DNA from: an uncultured Candidatus Saccharibacteria bacterium
GTDB lineage: Bacteria; Patescibacteriota; Minisyncoccia; Phycocordibacterales; UBA2100
Reading direction: 5' to 3'
Length of the DNA stretch: 35,603 nt
Assembly (NCBI GenBank): GCA_964528515.1
Contig: CAZGTE010000001.1
Location: 8,921 to 44,523, forward strand
Below, one piece after another: positions 1 through 7,268 of the stretch. Positions within the stretch are counted from its first letter, which is position 1, and each line of letters begins with the position of its first letter. The translations under genes and the position numbers were made by a program. The notes under the pieces are model-generated. The model had not been told where the DNA came from. It ran no database searches and saw only the letters and a program-made list of their open reading frames with translations.

Positions 1-2
1 TA

Positions 3-23
3 TATAGAGGTCCAACCTCTATA
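3..23 (-). terminator. Hairpin 20 nt downstream of the ftsH stop (possible terminator)
   Basis: 9-bp inverted repeat TATAGAGGT / ACCTCTATA with a 3-nt loop. Any U-tract on the minus strand would lie outside the window, so this is unconfirmed. Confidence 0.3.
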
Positions 24-43
24 ACTCTATAAGATATTATGTA

Positions 44-2068
44 TTAAGCTAGTGGACCATGCTCTATATCTTTTTTATTTTGCAATTTAATTCCGAATTC
101 TTTTAAGAGTTCTTCGTACTCCTTGCGCTCTAAGTTCTCAACTTCTATCAACTTATCGGCTATTGCGTTTAACACATGGCGCTTTTCTCTAATTATAGTC
201 TCTGCCACATTGTATGCACTGTCTATAATTTTCTTTACTTCTACATCTATCTTAGCACCAACATCTTCAGAGTATTCTTTAGCTTGTGGACCCATACCGA
301 ACATTACCTCACCGCCCTCGCCTATTAATGCAATAGGGCCCACAGCGTCACTCATACCCCAGCGTGTTACCATACTACGCGCAGTATTTGTGAGTACTTG
401 CAAGTCATTGCTAGGGCCTGTAGTAATATCTCCGAATACCTCCTTCTCTGCAATGTAACCACCCAGAGACACAGCAATATCTGCCTCAAATTCCTTCTTG
501 CTTTGCATCTTCTTGTCTTCATCTGGTAATTTGAGCATATACCCCGCTGCCCTACCACGACTAATAATGGATATTTTGTGAACTGGATCGGAGTACGGTA
601 ACACACTTGCTACAAGGGCGTGCCCTGCCTCATGATAAGCTGTTATCTCTTTCTCTTTCTTATTTAGTACATGACTCTTGCGCTCTGGACCTATCATTAC
701 CTTCTCTATACTCTTTAATATATCCTCTTGAGAGACCTTCTTACGGTCAGAGCTTGCTGCGAGTATCGCCGCCTCATTTGCAAGGTTTGCCAAGTCAGCT
801 CCAGAGAATCCTGGAGTTCTACTAGCTACAACCTTTATATCAATATCGGCCTCTTTCTTCTTTTTCCTCATATGAAGATTAAGTATCTCCTCTCTTGCCT
901 CCTTATCTGGCAATTCCACAATAATCCTTCTGTCAAATCTGCCAGGACGCATTAGTGCTGGATCTAAGACATCTGGCCTATTAGTAGCCGCCATAACTAT
1001 AACTTTAGTATTAGGTTCAAATCCATCCATCTCTACTAATATCTGATTAAGTGTCTGCTCTCGCTCATCATTACCTCCACCAATACCACTACCACGCACC
1101 CGTCCTACTGCATCTATCTCATCTATGAAGATTATTGACGGGGAATTCTTCTTAGCTTGAGCAAATAAGTCACGAGTACGACTTGCTCCCACACCTACAA
1201 ACATATCTACAAATTCCGATCCAGAAATAGAGTAGAATGGTACTCCAGCCTCTCCTGCCACCGCTCTTGCTAGTAGTGTCTTACCACATCCTGGGGCTCC
1301 CATAAGCATAACTCCTTTTGGTATTTGTGCTCCAATTGCTATAAACTTTTTAGGTCGCTTAAGGAAGTCTACAATCTCCATAAGTTCGTCCTTAGCCTCC
1401 TTAGCTCCTGCAACATCTTTAAATGTAACCCTACCATTCTTCTCGTCAGGGTCTATAAGGCGCGCCTTAGAATTACCGAATGAGAATGCCTGCATACCAC
1501 CACCTTTACCAGCCTGCCTAAACAGGAAGAATAATATACCCAGTATAAGTAGTACTGGTATCATCAATGGGGCTATAACTCCAAACCAGTGTCTAAAGCC
1601 TGATGGGGCTTTAATCTCTATAGTAATGCCAGCTAATTGCTCATAGGAAATTCCATGATTCTTTAATGTCTCTGTTATAGATGTCTCTGCCTCTTTTTTA
1701 GTTTTTTTAATTACTCCACTCTTACTATCACTCTTTTCTTTGTCCTCATCTTTGATTTTGTATTCTATATCTACATATTCTCCAGAGACAATAATTCCTT
1801 TTACAATACCTTTATTTATATCTGCAACTAATTCTGATAGTGCTATTTGAGATTCTTTATTTTCTACCGAATGTCTCTGTAATGCCGAATATCCACCAAA
1901 AAGTACCATAAATATAATAGCTGACAGGAACAATTGTAAGAGAATGCCAGATATTCCAGATTCTTTTTTCTTACTATTTTTCTTGTTTTTCTTATTTAAA
2001 GTCCATTTAATTGGCTTTTTGTTCTTTTTTTTCATATTTTTAAGCTTTTTATGTTGTAATTGTACCAT
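44..2068 (-). CDS. ftsH: ATP-dependent zinc metalloprotease FtsH
   Basis: Walker A GAPGCGKT, Walker [34 protein letters not shown], zinc motif HEAGHAL, two N-terminal TM segments. Lys-rich N-terminal tail; an alternative start is possible at 2035. Confidence 0.95.
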   Translation of the reverse strand: MVQLQHKKLKNMKKKNKKPIKWTLNKKNKKNSKKKESGISGILLQLFLSAIIFMVLFGGYSALQRHSVENKESQIALSELVADINKGIVKGIIVSGEYVDIEYKIKDEDKEKSDSKSGVIKKTKKEAETSITETLKNHGISYEQLAGITIEIKAPSGFRHWFGVIAPLMIPVLLILGILFFLFRQAGKGGGMQAFSFGNSKARLIDPDEKNGRVTFKDVAGAKEAKDELMEIVDFLKRPKKFIAIGAQIPKGVMLMGAPGCGKTLLARAVAGEAGVPFYSISGSEFVDMFVGVGASRTRDLFAQAKKNSPSIIFIDEIDAVGRVRGSGIGGGNDEREQTLNQILVEMDGFEPNTKVIVMAATNRPDVLDPALMRPGRFDRRIIVELPDKEAREEILNLHMRKKKKEADIDIKVVASRTPGFSGADLANLANEAAILAASSDRKKVSQEDILKSIEKVMIGPERKSHVLNKKEKEITAYHEAGHALVASVLPYSDPVHKISIISRGRAAGYMLKLPDEDKKMQSKKEFEADIAVSLGGYIAEKEVFGDITTGPSNDLQVLTNTARSMVTRWGMSDAVGPIALIGEGGEVMFGMGPQAKEYSEDVGAKIDVEVKKIIDSAYNVAETIIREKRHVLNAIADKLIEVENLERKEYEELLKEFGIKLQNKKDIEHGPLA

Positions 2069-2074
2069 TATTAC

Positions 2075-2104
2075 ATAATTTCGTGCTATAATCTAGCTAT
2101 GCAA
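2075..2104 (-). promoter_or_regulatory. Putative ftsH promoter
   Basis: Minus strand: -35 TTGCAT (2099-2104), 18-nt spacer, -10 AATTAT (2075-2080), then 6 nt to ATG at 2068. Confidence 0.35.
2084..2092 (+). promoter_or_regulatory. Extended -10 promoter (TGCTATAAT), 6 nt before ATG 2099
   Basis: Exact TGnTATAAT followed by CTAGCT, then ATG. No SD-like sequence present. Confidence 0.5.
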
Positions 2105-2296
2105 ATATCTGCACTCCTATTCATTTTATTATTTCTTATCTTTATAATATTTATGGTATATGGAGCAGTACTTATGTACCACTGGTTTAGATATGCTATG
2201 AGTACTACAATAGCAATATATGCGTCCATTGCTTATATGGGTACCGGATTTGTATTACTATTTATTATGATTACTTCAGTTAGCTCTCTATTATGA
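2099..2296 (+). CDS. Small two-TM membrane protein (hypothetical)
   Basis: Start trimmed from the track ORF (2060) to the ATG at 2099, which sits 6 nt after the extended -10 and avoids overlapping ftsH. Very hydrophobic. ATGA overlap with the next ORF. Confidence 0.5.
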   Translation: MQISALLFILLFLIFIIFMVYGAVLMYHWFRYAMSTTIAIYASIAYMGTGFVLLFIMITSVSSLL

Positions 2297-2841
2297 TTCC
2301 AATACACTTCAATATTCATGAGATTAATTTGCATAATAATGAACGCTTGCTGAGTATTATGCGTAAACATTGGTTTATTTTATTTATACGCATACTGCCT
2401 TTTGGTATTATATTTTTTATACCTCTTATTGTCTTGCTTCTTATGTCCTCACTAATTATTGCCCCTGAGTTAGTATCTATATTGATATTCTCTAGTGGTC
2501 TGTGGATGCTGATATCACTAACAATAATGTTTACAATATGGACTAATTATTATCTAGATTTATGGATAGTAACCACCAAGCGTATAATGTATATAGAACA
2601 GAAAGGACTATTCAATAGAGAGACTAAGACACTCCATATGAAAATGGTTCAGGATGTACAAGTAGATGTCGTGGGTATATTTGAGACATTCTTGAAGTTT
2701 GGCACTCTTAAAGCGCAGACTGCAGGTAGAGGTGGTACAGATGCTAAGATGACAGGTATACCCAATCCAGGACTAGAGCGCGATATTATAATGTACCAAG
2801 TCAATAAAATTAGACTTGGTACTACAATAACATCCTTATAA
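2293..2841 (+). CDS. Membrane protein with bacterial PH-like (YdbS/YdbT, bPH_2-type) domain
   Basis: Pattern E..L....RKHW, then two TM helices, then YYLDLWIVTTKRIMYIEQKG.F.R....L....VQDV.V...G....FL.FGTL. This is typical of DUF304/bPH_2 proteins, recognised from memory. Confidence 0.55.
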   Translation: MIPIHFNIHEINLHNNERLLSIMRKHWFILFIRILPFGIIFFIPLIVLLLMSSLIIAPELVSILIFSSGLWMLISLTIMFTIWTNYYLDLWIVTTKRIMYIEQKGLFNRETKTLHMKMVQDVQVDVVGIFETFLKFGTLKAQTAGRGGTDAKMTGIPNPGLERDIIMYQVNKIRLGTTITSL

Positions 2842-2846
2842 TAACC

Positions 2847-3131
2847 TTACTCACAAGGCTTGCCGCCGCTAAGTCCTGCGCAATCTAGCCCAAGTGTACT
2901 AGTAACTAAGCCGACTATTCCCCATATAGACACCATTATCAGTAGTCCGAGTATTCCATACATCATATGATCTATGCCTGTCTTCCTTTTAGAGGATTCT
3001 GTAGGATTAGCTATGAACTCTATAAGCCCCCATAAGAATACTAAAAATCCCACTGCAAATAACAGTGAGACTATTGGTTGGATTATCATTGATGATATTC
3101 CATCTATAATTTGTTGGGCAGATGTGTTCAT
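2847..3131 (-). CDS. Small two-TM protein, VirB2/TrbC-like (CPR-type 'T4SS pilin') candidate, paralog 1
   Basis: 94 aa. Two hydrophobic helices separated by a charged loop (NPTESSKRKTG). Shares FLWGL and MVSIWGIVG motifs with neighbours. C-terminal tail has two Cys (DCAGLSGGKPCE). Confidence 0.55.
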   Translation of the reverse strand: MNTSAQQIIDGISSMIIQPIVSLLFAVGFLVFLWGLIEFIANPTESSKRKTGIDHMMYGILGLLIMVSIWGIVGLVTSTLGLDCAGLSGGKPCE

Positions 3132-3147
3132 TTATTATTAGGGATGC

Positions 3148-3501
3148 TTAAGGACAAGCAGCTCCGACACATGGTGGTTGGATAGTACGATCATCTCCAG
3201 CTCCAGTAGTAGTTTGTAGCATTCCTATTAGTCCACCAAGTGATGCCATTACAAATACTGCTAGTACACCCATCATCATAATGTTCAAACCCTTAGCCTT
3301 GTCTTCACCTTCCTTAAACAAATACATAGCAAGACCCCAGAAGAAGGCAATTATACCTAGAGTAATGAGCATTGGAACTAGCATATTAAGCCAGTCCCTG
3401 ATGTTTATTAGAAACTCTGTTAATCCTTGTGCATATGTGATGACAGGTATCAATACCAATACAAATACAAATACTCCTAACACTAAAATTTTATTCTTCA
3501 T
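3148..3501 (-). CDS. Small secreted two-TM protein, VirB2/TrbC-like pilin candidate, paralog 2
   Basis: 117 aa. Signal-peptide-like N-terminus (cleavage near ITYA/QG), then two TM helices with a charged loop (KEGEDKAKG). C-terminal tail PPCVGAACP. Confidence 0.55.
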   Translation of the reverse strand: MKNKILVLGVFVFVLVLIPVITYAQGLTEFLINIRDWLNMLVPMLITLGIIAFFWGLAMYLFKEGEDKAKGLNIMMMGVLAVFVMASLGGLIGMLQTTTGAGDDRTIQPPCVGAACP

Positions 3502-3547
3502 AATTTTATATTTTTATTTTTAATAATTACTTTTAAATAGTACTCTT

Positions 3548-3556
3548 ATTATACCA
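3548..3556 (-). promoter_or_regulatory. Extended -10 promoter TGGTATAAT upstream of pilin-like paralog 2
   Basis: Exact TGnTATAAT on the minus strand directly after the stop of the upstream gene. About 46 nt of A/U-rich sequence separate it from the ATG at 3501. Confidence 0.45.
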
Positions 3557-3558
3557 CC

Positions 3559-3771
3559 TTATGCAATTGTCGCAACAATACTGTGCACAATTGCCCAGAT
3601 GGATAATATTACAAACATTGCTGCAAGGGCCGTGAGTATCATATCATTCCCTTTTTTCATCTTAGCATAGTCTGGCTCGCTGCTGATAGATTTGCCAGCG
3701 AAGAAGTAGAGTATTGCAAATGCCATCAATGCTGGGAATAGGTATACTATAACTTGTAATATCATCTGCAT
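3559..3771 (-). CDS. Small two-TM protein, pilin-like paralog 3
   Basis: 70 aa. Same TM / charged loop (EPDYAKMKKG) / TM layout. Shares the LSIWAIV motif with paralog 1 (VSIWGIV). Confidence 0.5.
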   Translation of the reverse strand: MQMILQVIVYLFPALMAFAILYFFAGKSISSEPDYAKMKKGNDMILTALAAMFVILSIWAIVHSIVATIA

Positions 3772-3777
3772 ACTACT

Positions 3778-3786
3778 ATGTTACCA
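3778..3786 (-). promoter_or_regulatory. Extended -10-like element TGGTAACAT, 6 nt before ATG 3771
   Basis: Minus strand TGGTAACAT, then AGTAGT, then ATG. Confidence 0.35.
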
Positions 3787-3789
3787 TAT

Positions 3790-5454
3790 TTATTTACTAC
3801 TTTTGTAGTTGTTAGCAGCTATTACAAAGGCGCTAAACAGTGGATTAGGTGAAAGAGGGCGAGCTGTGAACTCAGGGTGAAATTGTGTACCAAGCATAAA
3901 GGGATGCTCATCTACTGATAATTCTACTATCTCCATAAGCTTCTTATCTGGTGATACTCCTGAGAATACTAACCCAGCCTCCTCTAATTGGGTTATATAT
4001 TCTGGATTTACCTCATATCTATGCCTATGTCTCTCATTTACTAATTCCTGTTTATATGCTTTGCGCGCTATTGTGCCTCTCTTTAGATAAGCTGGGTACT
4101 GACCTAGGCGCATAGTACCTCCATAGTCATTATTCTTTAATTTCTCTTTCTGCTCGTGCATTATATCTATTACAAGATGCTCTGATTTATCTCCCATTTC
4201 TCTTGTGCTTGCTCCTATTAGAGACGCCTTATTTCTGGCATATTCAATAACCATAAGTTGCATACCATAGCATAGTCCGAAATATGGTATCTTATTCTCT
4301 CTTGCATATTTAATTACTTTAATCTTGCCTTCTATGCCTGTTTTGCCAAATCCACCAGGAACAAGTATTCCATCATATTCACTTAGTGTTTTAATATTTA
4401 ATTTACCTGACTCGAAGTCATGTGATGAAATCCAGTGCAACTTAGGATTAATTCCCTGAGCATAGGAAGAGAATTTAATAGCTTCTATTACAGATATATA
4501 TGCATCGGAGAGTACAAAATCTCCAGTGTTGAAGTATTTACCAACCACTGCTATATTTAATTCTTTCTTCGTATTCTTTGCACTATTTGCAAACTTCTTC
4601 CATTTCTTTAATCCTTCTTCTGTTAGCTTATTCTGACGCTTAGTACTTAGTTTCAGATGAGAGAGTATTATCTCTGCTAAGTTATCCTTCTGAAAGTTAA
4701 GAGGAACATCATATATACTATCTATATCCGGCGCAGAAATTACATATTCTGGACGAATATTACACTGTAGTGCAATCTTCTTCTTGCGTCTATCGTCTAT
4801 TGGCATACTAGAGCGACCTATTACCATATGTGGTTGTACTCCATAACTATTTAATTGTCTTATAGCATTTTGTGTCGGCTTGGTCTTCATCTCCCCAACC
4901 TTATTTGGTATAGGTAAGTAGCTCACCATAATGAAGAATACACTCTCTGGATCTCTAGAGTACATCACTCTAGCGGCCTCAATAAACATAATATTCTGAT
5001 AATCTCCAACTGTACCACCTATCTCTATTACACTTATCTCTGAACCATTAACGCTCGCTGCAGACTCTAGTCTATCAACTATTTCATTGCGTATGTGTGG
5101 TATTGCCTCTACACACTTACCGCCATATTCTAAGTTGCGCTCTTTCTCTATTACGCTCTTATATATCATTCCACTAGTCAGATAATTCTCCTCTGGTAAA
5201 TCTCTACCAAGAAATCTCTCATAATTACCCATATCTTGGTCTGTCTCTAATCCACTATTAAGAACGAATGCCTCTCCGTGCTCAGTAGGATTCATAGTTC
5301 CAGCATCTACATTGAGATACGGATCAACCTTAACCAAGTTGAGCTTATATCCACGAGATTGTAAAACTTTACCTATAGATGCTGAGGCAACTCCCTTGCC
5401 AACTCCTGACATTACCCCACCTATTACGAATATATATTTGTGATCTTCTTTCAT
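3790..5454 (-). CDS. pyrG: CTP synthase
   Basis: N-terminal KYIFVIGGVMSGVGKG. Glutamine amidotransferase Cys in GLCYGMQ, plus HRHRYEVN. Start placed at ATG 5454 (MKEDHKYIFV) rather than the GTG at 5466. Confidence 0.95.
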   Translation of the reverse strand: MKEDHKYIFVIGGVMSGVGKGVASASIGKVLQSRGYKLNLVKVDPYLNVDAGTMNPTEHGEAFVLNSGLETDQDMGNYERFLGRDLPEENYLTSGMIYKSVIEKERNLEYGGKCVEAIPHIRNEIVDRLESAASVNGSEISVIEIGGTVGDYQNIMFIEAARVMYSRDPESVFFIMVSYLPIPNKVGEMKTKPTQNAIRQLNSYGVQPHMVIGRSSMPIDDRRKKKIALQCNIRPEYVISAPDIDSIYDVPLNFQKDNLAEIILSHLKLSTKRQNKLTEEGLKKWKKFANSAKNTKKELNIAVVGKYFNTGDFVLSDAYISVIEAIKFSSYAQGINPKLHWISSHDFESGKLNIKTLSEYDGILVPGGFGKTGIEGKIKVIKYARENKIPYFGLCYGMQLMVIEYARNKASLIGASTREMGDKSEHLVIDIMHEQKEKLKNNDYGGTMRLGQYPAYLKRGTIARKAYKQELVNERHRHRYEVNPEYITQLEEAGLVFSGVSPDKKLMEIVELSVDEHPFMLGTQFHPEFTARPLSPNPLFSAFVIAANNYKSSK

Positions 5455-5504
5455 AATTGCGCACACTTAACTTTTTTAACTAATAAAATATAATTGACTA
5501 TAAC

Positions 5505-6431
5505 TTATACACCTAAATATCTTCTAACTGCTAAATAGCTTGATACAGCTCCAAGAAGTATTCCGGATCCTACAATATATTTAAATAACATATCAAATTC
5601 ACTAATATAGAATGTTAATACATTAAATGTTCCGAAGAAGTTCTCTGTAATTGGACCGAGATACAAGGCTATCGGATAGAATAAGAACAAGACAATGATA
5701 CCAGAAGTCAGACCATACAATATACCCTCGACAATATATGGACCACGCACAAACCAATTATCTGCACCAACTAATTGCATTACCTCTATCTCGTCTTTAT
5801 TAGTATATATGGCTAATCGTATAGTATTAAAAACAATCATAATAGATGCTAAGGTTAAGAATATGCTAAATATAAGACCGGCCCTATCTATCGCACTTAT
5901 AAGACCTGTTAGCCTATCTATAACTAATTTATTTTGATTATAATTAACATAGTCTATTATTTGCTCTTCTCCACCTTGGGCTACTATACTGCCCTCTAAG
6001 AACTTTGCAATCATCTCATATTGACTTGGGTCTTTAGCTCGTATTGCTAAACTAGCCCCTAAAGGATTCTCACCGAGCTCTTCAAGTGACTGCAACATAA
6101 GTTGGTCATTTTTGTGTAATTCTTTAAAGCTCTTTAAAGCATCCTCTCTTGATACATATGTTACTAATGCCACCTCTGGTAATTGCTCTACAGATGCTTT
6201 CACCTCAAGAATCTGCTCTTCTGTGGCAGTTGTTAAGAAGTAAGCATTAATATCTACCTTATCTTTTATTTGGTCAAGTGTTGCATTTAGAGCCGCATTC
6301 ATAAATAATAGTATTCCAATTACAAAAAGAGTAACCATCATTACTAAAATAGCGGAAAGAGAAACAAAAGCATTACGGAAGAATCCGACAAGCCCCGCAC
6401 GCAAAACTCTTTTAAATGTAATTAAAAACAT
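5505..6431 (-). CDS. ftsX: Cell-division ABC transporter permease FtsX
   Basis: One N-terminal TM, a large extracytoplasmic loop, three C-terminal TMs. Lies directly downstream of ftsE. Confidence 0.85.
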   Translation of the reverse strand: MFLITFKRVLRAGLVGFFRNAFVSLSAILVMMVTLFVIGILLFMNAALNATLDQIKDKVDINAYFLTTATEEQILEVKASVEQLPEVALVTYVSREDALKSFKELHKNDQLMLQSLEELGENPLGASLAIRAKDPSQYEMIAKFLEGSIVAQGGEEQIIDYVNYNQNKLVIDRLTGLISAIDRAGLIFSIFLTLASIMIVFNTIRLAIYTNKDEIEVMQLVGADNWFVRGPYIVEGILYGLTSGIIVLFLFYPIALYLGPITENFFGTFNVLTFYISEFDMLFKYIVGSGILLGAVSSYLAVRRYLGV

Positions 6432-6441
6432 AATATTATTT

Positions 6442-6450
6442 ATTATAGCA
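6442..6450 (-). promoter_or_regulatory. Extended -10-like element TGCTATAAT, 10 nt before ftsX ATG
   Basis: Exact TGnTATAAT overlapping the ftsE stop codon. May be an internal promoter or a chance match. Confidence 0.3.
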
Positions 6451-7210
6451 CATACTGCCCACTATTATCATCTCTGACCATCTTACCTGAATCCATGGTT
6501 ATAACTCTACCTCCTACAGAGTCTATTACTCCTTTATTGTGAGTCGTAAGCACTACCGTAGTACCTAGATCATTAATCTTTTTTAATATTTGCACTACTT
6601 CATAAGTATTTATTGGATCAAGATTTCCAGTAGGCTCATCTGCTATTAATATGTCTGGCTGCGTGACTATGGCGCGTGCTATAGCTACTCTCTGCTGTTC
6701 TCCACCAGATAGCTCACGAGGAAAGTGCTCGGCCTTATCATGAAGATCTACTAATCCAAGTACATGTGGTACATCTGCTTCTACTTCTTCATTACTCATA
6801 CCAGATACCTCTAAGGCAAAGGCTATATTTTCATATACTGTCTTTGACTCTATTAAACGGAAGTTCTGGAAGATTACTCCAATATTGCGCCTAATCTTGG
6901 TTATATCTCTCTTTCTTAGATGTTTTATATTATTATTATTAAAGTATACAGCTCCCTCGCTTGGGTATAACTCTGCGAGCATCATCTTAAGTAGTGTACT
7001 CTTGCCGGCACCAGAGTGCCCTACGACAGATACAAATTCTCCATGAGTGATGTCAATATTAATTGAGTCTAGAACTGCTTGACCACCGTTATAAAACTTG
7101 GTTACATTCCTAAATTTTATAACTGTATTAACATTGTTTTTTGTGTCTTTTTTGTGACTATTATTTACATCCTTACTTGTGCTGGTTTTTTTATCCTTAC
7201 TTTTTATCAT
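6443..7210 (-). CDS. ftsE: Cell-division ABC transporter ATPase FtsE
   Basis: Walker [13 protein letters not shown] signature [14 protein letters not shown], Walker [13 protein letters not shown]. Has a ~30-aa Lys-rich N-terminal extension. Confidence 0.9.
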   Translation of the reverse strand: MIKSKDKKTSTSKDVNNSHKKDTKNNVNTVIKFRNVTKFYNGGQAVLDSINIDITHGEFVSVVGHSGAGKSTLLKMMLAELYPSEGAVYFNNNNIKHLRKRDITKIRRNIGVIFQNFRLIESKTVYENIAFALEVSGMSNEEVEADVPHVLGLVDLHDKAEHFPRELSGGEQQRVAIARAIVTQPDILIADEPTGNLDPINTYEVVQILKKINDLGTTVVLTTHNKGVIDSVGGRVITMDSGKMVRDDNSGQYVL

Positions 7211-7217
7211 AATTATT

Positions 7218-7226
7218 ATTATACCA
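7218..7226 (-). promoter_or_regulatory. Extended -10 promoter TGGTATAAT, 7 nt before ftsE ATG
   Basis: Minus strand TGGTATAAT, then AATAATT, then ATG (7210). No SD. Confidence 0.5.
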
Positions 7227-7268
7227 CCAAATTAATACTTAGCTAATTTAGACTGTTGATTACATAGT

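Noticed and set aside
1948-2068. Lys-rich low-complexity N-terminal extensions of FtsH (and of FtsE at about 7120-7210), considered as separate features or frameshift artefacts
   Set aside because: They are in frame and contiguous with the conserved cores, consistent with the AT-rich codon bias (AAA/AAG runs). The FtsH long start fits the promoter geometry, so no separate element is supported.
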